This document shows, in pieces, positions 1 to 12,842 of a stretch of DNA of 64,000 nt. The first letter of the stretch is position 1. Each line of letters starts with the position of its first letter. The DNA is from Octopus vulgaris (Eukaryota), in the NCBI GenBank assembly GCA_951406725.2, contig OX597828.1, positions 36,518,001 through 36,582,000 on the forward strand. The letters run 5' to 3'. Below the pieces are notes generated by a model. The model worked only from the letters and a program-made list of their open reading frames with translations, was not told the origin of the DNA and searched no databases. The translations under genes and the position numbers were made by a program.

Positions 1-120
1 CTTAGTAATATCTTCCTTTTTTAGATGTACTTGTATAAGCATAGATATAATAAACGCACATTCATGTGTGTGTGTGTGTGTGTCTATAAATGATAATAAT
101 AGTTGTTTTTGTCATTTCAG

Positions 121-271
121 TTATGAAATAAATGGTCGGGTGAAGTTGGTTCACTGGGACTGTGTGTGGGAAATTGAAGATGACATAAATCTACTTGTTG
201 GCATTTATGAATATGGTGTTGGAAGTTGGGAAGATATCAAAATGGATCCGGAGCTTAATTTACGTGATAAG
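121..271 (+). CDS. CHD1: CHD1 coding exon (SLIDE part of DNA-binding domain); gene continues upstream of window
   Basis: ttcag|...AAG|gtatgt; encodes YEINGRVKLVHWDCVWEIEDDINLLVGIYEYGVGSWEDIKMDPELNLRDK, matching the CHD1 motif W..EDD.NLL.GIYEYG.GSWE.IKMDP.L.L..K. Confidence 0.95.
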
Positions 272-513
272 GTATGTTTTCAAATCTCTCCCTCCCTTAA
301 AACCTTGTTCTTTTACTCCATTTAATTTAATATAAAAATTCATACAGACGTGGCTGTGTGGTCAAGAAGCTTGCTTTAAAACCTGCATGGTTTTGTGTTC
401 AGTCCCACTGTACAGCACCTTAGGCAAGTGTCTTCTACTGTAGCCCCAGGTTGACAAATTGTCTCATGGGTGAATTTGTTAGATAGAGACTGTGAAATGC
501 TATCATATATTTA

Positions 514-868
514 TTACATTCACCTTAGTGAAGGTGGCAGTATTGTTTTCAGTCATGTTTGTTTGTTTGTTTGTCCAAGGACAAGATATCTCAAGAACCA
601 CTGGATGTATTCGGATGAAAAATTCAGATATGTTTGGCCTCATGACTGGCATGAACTGATTAGATTTTGGGATCAATCTGGTACTAGACATGGATTCTGG
701 ATTTTTTTTTTTTTAAACTTAATTTTTGAGGGCGGTCAAGCTCATTTTTAGTATTCTCATTTGTGAGAGTAATCGAATTTATTCCAGATATTCTCATTTT
801 AAAAATCATCTCTGGCTAATCGTTGGTGTTGCCCTGGTGGAGGTTTGCGCTCTCTGAGTGCTCTTGTA
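514..868 (+). mobile_element. Helentron/HINE (DINE-1-like) non-autonomous element
   Basis: 5' hairpin (caccttagtgaaggtg), (GTTT)n, internal ggat/ctgga motifs, 3' ggtggaggt + gcgctctctgagtgc hairpin. Confidence 0.6.
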
Positions 869-2029
869 TTTATTTATGTAAATGCATGCATGTGTGTGTT
901 TATTTATGTGTGTATATGTTTGTTTGTGTATGTCTCTTCCCCCACTGCTTGACTGCTGGTTTTGGTTTGTTTAGGCCCATAACTTAGTGGTTTGGCAAAA
1001 AAGACTGATGGAATAAGTACCAGACTTTAAAAAAAAAAATGGAGTCGATTTGTTTGATTAAATCTTTCAAGGTGGTGCCCCAGCATGGCCGCAGCCCAGT
1101 AACTGAAGCAAAATAAAAGGAAAAGATAAAATAAAGATATCATCTATGGATGAACTGGTGAATGTGTGTATTTTGTTGTGTTTTACATATTTTCATGAAG
1201 CCAGTAAATTGGAAGAAATAGTAGAATGTCAGACATGCGCAGCTTTTGTTCTGGCCCTTTGTGTTCTGAGTTCAAATCCTGCTAAGGGCAACTCGCCTTT
1301 CAATCCACTGAGGTTTATACAATATAGAACCATTTCAGGCCAGTGCGTTAGTAGTTCATTGTGATAAAATGCTTTGTGACATCTGTTCCGTATCTTTATG
1401 TTCTTACTACCCAGACAAGAGTTGTGAAGTTGTTTATATCTAGCTATCAAGATGGTGTCTTGTAAAAAATAGATACAAGAAGGCAATGGGAAACCACCTT
1501 TGCATTCTCATTAAAATTCCATGATAGCCACATACTGTTTTTCAAAGAATTCACCATGAGCATGCTTCCTAATCATATCGTCTTGGGTTCAGTTCTACTG
1601 TGGAGCACCTTGGGCAAATGTTATCCACTACAGGCAACGAGCGATTAATGACTTCTGAGTGGATTTGGTTGACAGAAACTGAAAGGAGCCTGTTGTGTGT
1701 GTGTGTGTGTGTGTATCCCTTCCCCCAATCCTTGTCTTCTCATCATGTGATGGCTGTAAACACATGTCACCATCATACGAGTGATGTTGTGCATTGTCTT
1801 CTGTGGAAACCATGTCTAGTCTTGAGGAAATATTACCTTACTTGGAAACAGGTGAGGGTTGGCAACAGAAAGGACATCCATCAACACAAAAAAAAAAAAA
1901 ATCTGTCATAACAAATTCTGTCTGAACCATGCAAGAATACAAAAAGTAGACATTAAATGGTGATGGTTCAAAGTGTGATATATTTTTTTATCTCCTATAT
2001 TGAATTTTATTTGAAATGGAATTTTACAG

Positions 2030-2140
2030 ATTTTACCTGATTCTGACCAAAAGCCTCAAGGAAAACACCTACAAACAAGAGCTGATTATCTTTTGAAACT
2101 TCTGAAGAAGCAAAATGAAGTGATACCTGCTCCCATTAAT
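2030..2140 (+). CDS. CHD1: CHD1 coding exon (end of SLIDE)
   Basis: tacag|ILPDSDQKPQGKHLQTRADYLLKLLKKQNEVIPAPIN|gtaagt; 111 nt, phase 0-0; KPQ.K.LQTRADYL.KLL is a CHD1/2 signature. Confidence 0.95.
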
Positions 2141-2209
2141 GTAAGTCTTCAACATTTATTCCTGTTGTTGTTGCAACAAAAACTACTTTTTAATATATAA
2201 TATAATAAT

Positions 2210-2447
2210 AAATGCACCCTTTTAAAGCCTAGCCAGGCTCATGGCCCGGTTTCACTGGCATGTGTTCCCCAGCTGGATGGGATGCCAGTCCATTGCAGCG
2301 TTACTCATTTTTGCCAGCTGAGTGGAATGGTGCAACATGAAATGAAGTGTTTTGCTCAAGAACACAACATGTTGCCTGGTCCAGGAATTGAAACCACAAT
2401 CTTATGATCATGATGCTGACACCCTAACCACTAAGCCACGTGCCTCC
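2210..2447 (-). mobile_element. tRNA-derived SINE family E (related copies ~2760-2990, 50740-50972, 36690-36950, 46115-46390)
   Basis: reverse strand ggcacgtggcttagtggttag head, B box, core gttgtgttcttgagcaaaacactt...ccactcagctg. Confidence 0.7.
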
Positions 2448-3637
2448 ACACTATTAATATATAGCAGTCTTTTTTGTTTTTTTTCGCCTTAAGAGAACTC
2501 TGAATGATAGAACCATTAATCAGAGACATTCAAGTCATGACCATCTTACCTTCATTTCAGGAAGTACACCTAAGTCTCTAAGGATGAGTGACTACATAGA
2601 GGCTGCAGATTTAACAATTTTCTTGTCATGAAGTTTATTAATAATGATTTCTAACATTGCCACAAATGTGTAGTTGATTAGATTGACCTCAGTACTTGAT
2701 GATAACCCTGATAGGCTGAAGAGTAAAATTAAGATAAAAATGGATGAAACTCTTTCCTGAATCTTCTAGCTTGATAGGGCTTGTTTCTTGGTTTCTGTGG
2801 TGTATATCTTCACCCCTGGACAAGACACTGGTCCATTGCCATGCTTCAAACTCATTATTGCCAGCTCAGTAGACTGGAGTAACGTGAAATGAAGTGTTTT
2901 GCTCAAGAACACAATGCATCACCTGATCCAGGAATTGAAACTGCGGACTTATGATCATGAGTCCAATGCACTAACCCCTAAGCCATGCACATCCATGAAG
3001 AGCAAAATTGACTCAGCAGAATTTGAGTTTCAAACTGAGTCTCCTGCTAAAATACTACAATTTTTTATTTTTTTGCTGGTCTGACACTATCATCATTCTT
3101 GTTTTCATTAATAATGGTTTCAAATTTTGGCACAAGACCAGTGGTTTTGGGGTAGTGGGTGGGTTGATTACATTGACCCCAGTGCTAAGTTGGTACCCAT
3201 TTTAACTTTCTGAAAGGGTTGACTTTGGCAGCATTTGAATTCAGCAAAATACCACCAAGCATTTAGCCTGGCATACTTACAATTTTGCTGGCCACCACCC
3301 TACTGCTTTCATTAATAATGCGACTAAAAAGTTTTTGGCAGGCTAAGGAGTGTTTGTGACTCAAGCCTCAAGCCTCTCTCATTTTAGAGATGTAGTTGAA
3401 GTATTAAAGAATCTGAGCTGTAGCCGAACCTCTTTGTCCCTTGTGGAACGGTTCATACATAGAGGCTGCAGATGTAACTGTTACATTGCTTGGAAACAGG
3501 CGAGGGTTGGTGAAAGAGAGGGCATCTGGACATTGAAATCTACCTCAGCAAATTCCATCTGACCTATGCAAGCATGGAAAAGTGGATGTTAAATGATGAT
3601 GGTAATGACGATGTATGTTTTTGTTTTCAATTTTCAG

Positions 3638-3883
3638 CTAGCACCCAAGGTCAAAAAGCAGAGGAAAAAGAAACCAAAATCTGCCGAAATTGTTGCTGAA
3701 ATCAATGAAACTGGTGACATGAGTGCCAAAGAAGAGACCAATGACAGTTTCCCTGATAGTGTGAAAAGTGGTAAGAAGAAAAAGAAGGACAAGGATGAGA
3801 AAGAAGAAAAGGCTGAAGAGAAGCCAGAAGAGGAAAAGAAAGAAGATAAAAAAGAGAAGAAAGACAAAAAGAAGAAAGAGAAA
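3638..3883 (+). CDS. CHD1: CHD1 coding exon, Lys/Glu-rich linker
   Basis: ttcag|LAPKVKKQRKKKPK...KKDKKKKEK|gtgagt; 246 nt, in frame with both neighbours. Confidence 0.9.
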
Positions 3884-3956
3884 GTGAGTTTTTCTCATTC
3901 ATTTTTATTTTTTCATTTTCCTCAATTTTTATTGTAAAATCATTCAACTGCATAAA

Positions 3957-4177
3957 CCCTTTAGCATTTAAACTGCCCATATCCTGCCCAAATATTCTAC
4001 CTTGTTTTATGTTCAAACTGGCCAAATCTGGTCTCTCACACCTACCCTACAATGTCTTTTTAAAACTAAGCAGTCATATCATCAAAATCTCCAAAGTACA
4101 TGATCCTGCATGATTAATTCAAATTGATGTGAACCAATAAGCATTACATTTGACAAAGTAATCTGAATACTAAGGGG
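3957..4177. mobile_element. piggyBac-type MITE
   Basis: CCCT..AGGG ends with short TIR (ccctttagcatt / aatactaagggg), TTAA on the right. Confidence 0.6.
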
Positions 4178-5532
4178 TTAATTAAAACCTGTTGTTACCC
4201 GAGTCAAGTGCCTGACACAAAGTTTCCTCATAATGGCTGCTGTAGGGGGTTGAACTTCTCACCATGTAGTCAATAGTCTCTGGCATGTAAATGTCACAGC
4301 TGTTGTGTTTGAGTTGGCTCCCGACCAATAACCTGCTTTGTTTTTAATGAATCAGCCCTCTTTTATGGCTGGATGCCTCTTGTACTGTCAACTTGCTTAA
4401 AATAGAGAGTAAACACTTGTTGTTTAACCCATGGTCAGCTCTGATTGAGCAGACATATGGCGGGTAGGTAATTGATCAAACAACTCAATGTGATCCACAG
4501 AGTTGTTTGATCAACTTGCCTCAATGCAATTCACATGTGGACAGAGCTACGGTTATGTCATACCTCTATCCAGCTGGTGGGTTGTTTTAAAATTGTTCTG
4601 AAATCTGTCATCCTGACAGCATTTATACTTGGTTTGTGAGCCATTAATAAAACTACTGTGTCAAACTTCCAGGCATTTCAGCATTCCACTTCTGAGGCAT
4701 CTTGTTTTGGTTGAATATAAAAGACTGAGTTTACTTGATATGTATTCAGTTGATTTGCATAGTTATTTTGCCAAGTTAAAAATAAAAAATTATTTTTAAT
4801 GATTTTCCCTAATCTACTTTGGTTACAAATGGATATCATCATTGTTGTTTACCGACTGCTCTCCATGCTGGCATGGATTGGATGGTTTGACTGAGGGCTG
4901 GCAAGCCAGTAGGCTGCACAAGGTTTCAATCTGATCTGGCAAAGTTTCTACAGCTGGATGCCCTTCCTAACACCAACCACTCTGAGAGTGTAGTGGGTGC
5001 TTTTTACATGCCAGTCAGGTGGTACTGGCATCGACCACGCTTGACTGGTGCTTTTTACATACCACTGGCACAGGAGCCAGAAAATTTATCTGATATTGTG
5101 AATACTGTATTTTGTGCATTTTTTTTTGTTGTTGATATGGAAAGAATTCTGAAAATTTTTTCAAAAACTGTAGTGTTTCAAATGTAATCTTCATCTCAAT
5201 TCTTATATCCTCTTCTTACTGTCTAGCTGTCTCACGTATATGTGACGTTAAACGACTCTCTCTCGACGACGTTTTTTTTTTTTTAAATTAAATTACTCAT
5301 GTCTAATTCATGTTAATGGTCATGTATTTTAATATGACTAATGAAACAAATCTTGAGTAATGATTACAGTTGAAGCACTTAAAAAGAATTAGAATAATGT
5401 TAATGAACAATTAGACTTAAACATGTCAGTCATAGTAAAATAAACCATTTTTTTTCCATTTGTGTTTAATTTTAAAATATATTTGATATTGTGAAAGTAA
5501 ATTATTAATTTCTTTTGAACTATTTCTTTCAG

Positions 5533-5637
5533 AAAAAGAACAATGATGGACCTATGCATTTTACTGCATCTTCTGAACCTGTTGCCATATCAAAAGATAA
5601 CATGGACGTTGACTTACCCCCTGATGTGTTTGCTGAG
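5533..5637 (+). CDS. CHD1: CHD1 coding exon
   Basis: ttcag|KKNNDGPMHFTASSEPVAISKDNMDVDLPPDVFAE|gtcagt; P.H.TAS.EPV.IS motif precedes CHCT in CHD1. Confidence 0.93.
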
Positions 5638-6007
5638 GTCAGTCTTCCTTATTATTATTCATATTGAACTGGAATAATATTTTTCATACCTTGACTGTAT
5701 TATAGTGTTGTTGTTTAGCCCTAGGTGAGTCCTGATTGAGCAAATCTGTGCTCAAAAGCATTCCAAACATTAATATCTTGTCTTATCTAGAATGCCATTA
5801 CTCAATGTGACTCCCCCTTTTCAAGATGTTAGGCTGTAATTGAGGGAGATTTGATTGCTATTTCAAGCAGGTTTGAACAACCTTGTTACTCATCTCTCGT
5901 TGACTCACCAAACAGTGACAAGTTAATCTCTAACATGGCATTTGAGAATTAAAATATATATTACAATTGTCAGAGCATGTGTTGCTTATATATACTTTTT
6001 TGTGTAA

Positions 6008-6216
6008 CCCTTTCGTTACTGTATTTATTTTGAGATGCTCTGTGTTTCTTTCAATTAAATTTAAATATAACAAAGAATTTAATAAAATAACTTAGCTAGT
6101 GTTAGGAACAAATTGTGACTAAAGTTTGGTGGTATATTTTAATGCAAAACTTATGAAAGCAAGACATTTGTACTACAGAGCCAGAACCAGTTTTGGCCGG
6201 GTTGGTAACGAAAGGG
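6008..6216. mobile_element. piggyBac-type MITE
   Basis: ccctttcgttac / gtaacgaaaggg TIR; reverse copy at 28226-28447. Confidence 0.7.
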
Positions 6217-6423
6217 TTTAGTAGTTGGATGAATGTCTTTTAACAGATATATCTTCTCAATTTGTTTTCACAAATGAAGTGATAAGATGAAGGAATATCA
6301 AAGACTATCCTTCTCTCTTTCTCTCTCTATACTCTCTAACACACACACGTTTGTATGTGTATATGTGTATGATTGTGTTACACTTGATAATAAATGAATT
6401 GTTTTGTCATTGTTCTCAACCAG

Positions 6424-6602
6424 TGCAAGGAGAAGATGCGACCGGTGAAGAAATCTCTGAAGCAGCTGAGCAACCCAGATGACAGTCTATCTGAAAAAGA
6501 GCTCATGAATCAGACCCGTCAGTGCCTCCTCAAGATTGGTGACCATATCCATGACCGCCTTGCAGGGTACAATAATCCAGAGAGAATTAAAGAATGGCGC
6601 AA
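6424..6602 (+). CDS. CHD1: CHD1 coding exon, CHCT/DUF4208 domain part 1
   Basis: accag|[15 protein letters not shown]...[12 protein letters not shown]...IKEWR(AA)|gtaaga. Confidence 0.96.
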
Positions 6603-6831
6603 GTAAGATAACCACACTTCTTTATTCTGATGCAGTAGCAGTACAGTTTAGTTTGTCTTAATATAGAGAAGGTGCAGGTATGGCTGTATGGTTTAGGAGT
6701 TTGCTTCCTAACCACATGGTTTTAGGTTCAGTTCCACTGCATAGCTTCTTGGGCAAGTGGCTTCTATAGACCAGGGATAATCAAAGACCTTGGGAGTGGA
6801 TTTGGTTGACAGAAACTGAAAAAAACCCATC

Positions 6832-6862
<31 letters not shown>

Positions 6863-6865
<3 letters not shown>

Positions 6866-7131
6866 AATTATTGAGTAGTGTGATCCAAAAAACCTTGGTG
6901 TAGGAATATAGTATGCTTCAAGCATATAGACAGCTAGTTAAGATGACAAACGGTGGACAATATATGGTTAATAACTGCCGTACGTTATACACCTTGTCCA
7001 ATATTGAAATCAATAGAAACGTTGATAAGCTGACAGTCACTACACAACTCTTGAAAGTAAGGGATGAAAAAGGTAAATAAAGACTACATATGTTTCAAAG
7101 CTAAAGTGAGTTTGTATTTCTCGAGACTACA
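6863..7131 (+). mobile_element. probable solo LTR nested in a SINE
   Basis: starts TGTAAT, ends ACTACA, AATAAA ~50 nt from 3' end, flanked by tgtg/cgtg 4-bp duplication. Confidence 0.55.
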
Positions 7132-8794
7132 CGTGTTTGTTCACTGGTTTCTAAACAGTGGCTTTGTTGATGGTGTCATTTTCTTGCACTCCATTCTGGA
7201 AGTGTGTCCAGGCTGTTTATTGTTTGATAGACTGGGAAGTTATTACCTCAGTTTGAAACAGGTGGCAGTTGGCATGAAGAAGGGTGACTGGCTGTAGAAA
7301 ACTCTGCCCCAACGTGCTCCAGTATGACTATGCGGGCTGAAGTGATCTAAAGAACCAGTCAACTACTTTCCTCTAAACTTGTAGTTCAAATCTTGTCAAA
7401 GTCAACTTTACCTTTCTTTTGTCCAGGGGTTGCTATATAAGTTCACTTCTTTCATGTTAGAAGTTTTTAATTAAGGGAAAAGGAAGAGTAGCAGTGCTCA
7501 TAACCTCTGTAGCCCCTTCTACGAAATGGTAAAATTCATGCAGTCAGTGCCTAGTTAAATGGAAAGAATCATTGTGGATAGAGCTGGGTGTCTTGCTTGA
7601 ATGTTTATAACAGTGTGAACTCCTGCCAAAAAGCATTCAAGAATTTGGTGGTTGAGTTGAGTCTTGGATTAAATATCCTTCAGTATTTAGTAATGTTACC
7701 TTTTATATTCTCAGTTCAGGTTGTACCAGGGTTGATTTTTAACTTTTGTCCCTCAAAAAGCATAGCAGTATAGTGGACAATATACCTTAACAATTGACTA
7801 TGTTCCCTTCTCTAACACATCTGTAGCCTTGTACAGAATTTAAAAATCTATATTTACTATCAACCTTTAATTTTGTAAGTCAAACATTAGATTTGATTTC
7901 TGTATTTTTTAGACTTCCATAAAGTCTAGAAGGAGTGGTATTTCATTTTGGAGTTTTGCTGACCCTTTTCACTAATTGTAAAAGTGATACTTGTCACACT
8001 TTGATGATTAGTCAATGTAGAATGTCAAATGTTGCTGTTGTTGTTGTTGTTGAGCTCCAGGTGGTGAATTGGAAGAGTTTTTTAGAGTATTGAATAAAAT
8101 GTCTTGTAGTATTTGTTCTGATTCACTTTATTCCAGTTCAAATCCAGCTGTAAGTCAGCTTTGTCTTTCATTCTATTTGGGGGATCAGTATTAGAAAAAA
8201 AAAAGGGGGTAACAATTTAGGGCAGTGTATTGACAGTACTGTTTGAGCAGCAGATGTGATATCTTGAGGTGTCTGCACTGACTCTTTATGTTTTGATAGC
8301 AACATGTCATGTGATGATATTGGTATCAGCTTTTAAGTGACACCTTTCTGTTGGACAACACCAGTGTAGTAGAGAGAAAGAGACTTACATGCACGGACAA
8401 CTGTTAGTCATTCACACTCATATATATACAAATACATAAACACCATAGAAAATAGCTCCAGGCCTGAATGTGCCAGCCAATAACCAATGAATTAACAACT
8501 GTGACCATCCTATCTTTTATTCAGAAGTAGAACACCTAGGACTACATTATGCAATATATGCTCTCTTTTTTTATTTGGTTGCTCTTTCTAGTTGGTTCGT
8601 GTAGAATATTTTATTCACTTTTAATGAAATGTGTCACTCAAACAATTGACTCTGAAGACGTGTTTTAATGGCACCGTTATCAAAATATATGAGATTGCTG
8701 AGACAAGAGAAAAAGATGAAAGGAAACAAAACTAAAACCAAAAGTTTTACAAAAGACACCAAAATTGAAATTAGTAAAACTTCTTTTGTTTCAG

Positions 8795-8906
8795 TTATCT
8801 GTGGATATTTGTATCGGAATTTGCCGAAGCTTCTCCAAAAAAGCTGTATAAACTGTATCGCACTGCTGTAAAGAAAAGAGAAGAGGAACAAGAACAAAGA
8901 GAGAAG
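8795..8906 (+). CDS. CHD1: CHD1 coding exon, CHCT domain part 2
   Basis: ttcag|(N)YLWIFVSEFAEASPKKLYKLYRTAVKKREEEQEQREK|gttagt; LWIFVS.F....+KL.KLY motif, phase fits previous exon. Confidence 0.95.
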
Positions 8907-10092
8907 GTTAGTTTTTATATTTGACATTATAAACAATAATTCAACATAGAAAAATTAAAAAGCAACAACAGGCACATTTAACCTTTTTCTTACTTAATAT
9001 CTGTTAAAATACACTGGCTTTAATTTCAAGTAATTTTGATAATAATGAAGAATTCAGTGAAGTAATCATATCATGATCAAGTTTGTGTTTGGAATATATA
9101 TTAAGGCAGCAAGCTGGCAGAAACGTTGCCACGCCAGGCAAAGTGCTTAGCAGTATTTTGTTTTTATGTTCTGAGTTCAAATTCTTATTTCTTTACTACC
9201 CACAAGGGGCTACACACACAGGGGACAGACAAGGACAGACAAACAGATTAAGTCGATTATATCGATCCCGAAAGGATGAAAGGCAAAGTCAACCTTGGTG
9301 GAATTTGAACTCAGAACGTTGCGGCAGACGAAATATTGCTAAGCATTTCGCCCAGCGTGCCAATGATTCTGCCAGCTTGCCACCTTTCTGAGTTCAAATT
9401 CTGCTGAGGTCGACGTTGCTGTTCATCCTTTCAGGGTCGATAAATTAAGTACCAGTTGCATAATCAACTGCTGCCCCCATCCCCCAAAATTTCGGACCTT
9501 GTGCCTAGAGTAAAAAAGAATATATATTAACGTGAAATATTTTGTCCATTTTACATTCAAAGCAACCAGATCTGGCCTGTCACACCTACCTTACAATGTC
9601 ATTCTAAAAATAAATAACATCACCAAAATCTTGAAGTTATGAGATAATGCATGATTAATTCAAAACTGTGCATAACCATGCATGACATTTAACAGAGTAA
9701 TCTGAATGCTAAAGGATTGAAGCAACATTTCTCAACCAGGTTCCATGAAAAAGAGTGAGATAAAGCCTTGTGAGTGGGTTTGGTGGGTGGAGACTGAAAG
9801 AAACTCATCGCATATGCATGCATATGTGGTCGATGCCAGCCCCCTCTGGCTCATGTGCCGGTGGCATGTAAAAAGCACCATCCAAATGTGGTTGAAGCAA
9901 CCCCCCTCTGGCCCTTGTGCCGGTGACATGTAAAAAGTACTCACTACACTCTCGGAGAGGTTGGCGTTAGGAAGGGCATCCAGCTGTAGAAACATTGCCA
10001 GATCAGATTGGAGCATTGTGCGGCCTCCCAGGCCCCAGTTGAACCATCCAACACTTGCCAGCATGGAAAATGGATGTTAAACTATGATGATG

Positions 10093-10164
<72 letters not shown>

Positions 10165-10230
10165 CTAATTTGTGTAGATGATGATGTTTATGTATACAGT
10201 ATTATGTATCCTCTTTTTTTTATTGTTTAG

Positions 10231-10361
10231 AAACCCAAGTTTCCTGAAAACAAACAATTATCCAACTACAAAATTGCAAAACGGCCACATGTTCAAAATG
10301 AGCGGAAAGATGGTAGCAAACGGTATGGTTCTGATCACTGGGGTGACAAAAGCCGAGACAG
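10231..10361 (+). CDS. CHD1: CHD1 coding exon, disordered C-terminal tail
   Basis: tttag|KPKFPENKQLSNYKIAKRPHVQNERKDGSKRYGSDHWGDKSRD(AG)|gtaggc; open, phase 0-2. Confidence 0.82.
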
Positions 10362-10784
10362 GTAGGCTACTAACACTTTCTCTTTCACTCTCTCTTTTCC
10401 TCACAAACACATATATATCTATGTATATAGTCAATTCTTTGATGGATTTCTGCTATCCATTGACACACCAAATATCTGTTAATGTGATTGATATTCTATT
10501 GTATTAAGGATCCACAAGCTTGTTATTAGCCCCCAGGTCAGTCCTAATGAAATGTCTTTCAATTGTAACGTTCTCTCATCTTTTTCAATCATGGTGTTTC
10601 TAGAATTTGTTTTCAATGCGCAGCTTCTTTTCTTAAGATATGAAGGTATTATCTGAGTTTAATTTGGCTGCTGTTTTTACTATGTTAAGCAACCATGTAA
10701 TGGTGCATCTCCCATACCTGATCTGGCCTGATCTAACCCATGTTAGCATTGAAAAACAGCTATCAAACAAACAAACGAAAGCAC

Positions 10785-11015
10785 AGCTGTGCGAATGAGA
10801 TTAAGAGGTAGGAGTTCAGAGAGCTCCTACCTCTGCTGGCAACAAAGGGCCTATCTCTCAGAGTGAAAGGCAGATTGTATGATGCCTTTGTGCAAACAGG
10901 TATGCTACATGGCAGTGAAACATGGGCTGTGACAGCTGAGGACATGTGTAGGCTTGAAAGAAATGAAGCCAGTATGCTTTGCTGGATGTGCAATGTCAGT
11001 GTGCATGTTCGACAG
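10785..11015 (+). mobile_element. RTE-clade LINE ORF2 fragment
   Basis: LLPLL..KGLSLRVKGRLYDAFV...MLHGSETWAVT......LERNEASML.WMC. Confidence 0.75.
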
Positions 11016-11229
11016 CATTCATTCCTAGTGACATTCTTCTATGGCAAATCAAATTAGCTTTTAGTCCTGTATGAGGCTAATAAAATGGCTTCTAGATGAA
11101 AACTTTTATATGCAATCCATTAATTGAAATCTGTGAAAAGATTAAAGAAAATAATAAGCACCAATTTATTGTTGAAAGTGTTCAAAATATGTTGTATCTA
11201 AATGAGTTTACTTTTTTTTTTTTCCACAG

Positions 11230-11430
11230 CACATCCTCTCACAGCAATGGTCCATGGCATAGTTCTTCCAATTCTAATATAAATCATCCAACATCATTCC
11301 GTAATTTATTAGGTAATTCCGGAAGAGAATCGAATCGTCATGATTCTCTTCAATCCAACATGAATCCACACCCAGAAAGATGGCAGCATTCTAGTCCTTT
11401 ATCGAGGACTGGGGATCAGAAAAGAAACAG
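11230..11430 (+). CDS. CHD1: CHD1 coding exon, C-terminal tail
   Basis: poly-T-ccacag|(S)TSSHSNGPWHSSSN...TGDQKRN(AG)|gtatgt; 201 nt, phase 2-2. Confidence 0.82.
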
Positions 11431-11875
11431 GTATGTATGAGTTTAAGTTGTTGTTGGATACCTTTAGGAGAGAAGTAACTTGGGAGTAACTCGGCTGACG
11501 TTAAATGATGATGATGATGATATATATAGATATATATATATATATATATATAGTCTTTTGACTGCTGCCCTGCAAGAGCATATATATATATCAAAAGAGG
11601 GCGAGAGACACACCCTACACACATCGAAGATGTACTTGCTTGGTTAGGGATTAAGTGTAGTTAACAATTTTTATGGTTTTCAATGAATAAATATGTGCGA
11701 CTATACTAATATGTATATACAGGGCCTCACTGAGGGGATGGACTTTCAGATGTAGGGTCCCACAGATGGGATGACAAGTGAATGAGACTCCTGCTGGTTT
11801 GTTGTGTTTGAGAAGACACATCAAGCTAAATAAAATTGGGGTTGTCCTTGTGTACAGGCATGTCCCCTGCATCTA

Positions 11876-12077
11876 TTCAGTTGGTGCATAATTATTGCAG
11901 TATTTTTTCAATAAATTTTATTCAACAAAAACAATAACAACATTTAACAAAAACATCTTTAAATGATTATTCCTGAACATATTCACCATCTACTTCAATT
12001 TCTGCTGGGGTTTTGTTTAAATTTTTGTTGAATAAAAAAAAACAAAAAAAAAACGCAATAATTATGCACCAACCTAA
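11876..12077. mobile_element. mariner-derived MITE
   Basis: TA-flanked TIR gttggtgcataattattgc; internal remnant of transposase C-terminus IEVDGEY. Confidence 0.8.
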
Positions 12078-12752
12078 TAGCTGTAGAAACCATGCCAAAC
12101 AGACATGAAGTCCAGGCAGCTCTTCAATGAGCCAGCTCCTGTCGAACTGTCCAACCCATGCCAGCATGGAAAATGGACATATAAAAAGAAAGATAAAGAT
12201 CCACAAAAATAAGTACACTATCACAATCATCCACCTTAACAAACAAATTCAGTTATATCAAGATAAAGAGGGTTATACAGGTAGGAGTTGCTCTTCTTTC
12301 TCCCTTTGTATAATTCCTTTCTCTCTTCCGATTCACTCTCTTTTTCTGTCTCTCTTGTCTTTTGACTGCTGCCCTGCAAGAGCATCAGCTCCAGTACTTC
12401 ATCTGATACTTATTTTATCAATTGACTAAGTCCACCTGATTATAAAGGTGTAACTCCGATATAAAATGCTTTAAAATATTGGTGTTTGATGTGTTGACTT
12501 AATCATGAAAACCTCTTGTCAACACACACACACACACATGATGGGCTTCTGCACAGATTCTGTTTACCAAAGTTCAAAGTATTGATCAGCCTGAGGCTAT
12601 GACTGGAAACACTTATCCAAGATGCCATGCAGAGGAATTGGTCTCGGAACCATGTGTCTGTGAAGTAAACCTCTTAACCCGTGCTCAGTTATTTAATTAA
12701 CATTCAGTTGTTTTAGATTTGTGACTTCATCCAGATAGTGTTCGTATTGCAG

Positions 12753-12842
12753 GTATGACAGCGGCTCAAGTACTTACAACAGAGTGTCACATTCTCAGCC
12801 CGACATGTATCGAGGATATCATGGGGGTGACCATCACCACAG
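12753..12842 (+). CDS. CHD1: CHD1 coding exon, C-terminal tail
   Basis: tgcag|(R)YDSGSSTYNRVSHSQPDMYRGYHGGDHHH(AG)|gttggt; 90 nt, phase 2-2; composition like the CHD1 tail. Confidence 0.72.

Noticed and set aside
3765-3776. Internal donor-like AGTG|GTAAGA in CHD1 lysine-rich exon
   Set aside because: Its use would shift the frame relative to the next exon; explained by Gly-Lys-Lys codons
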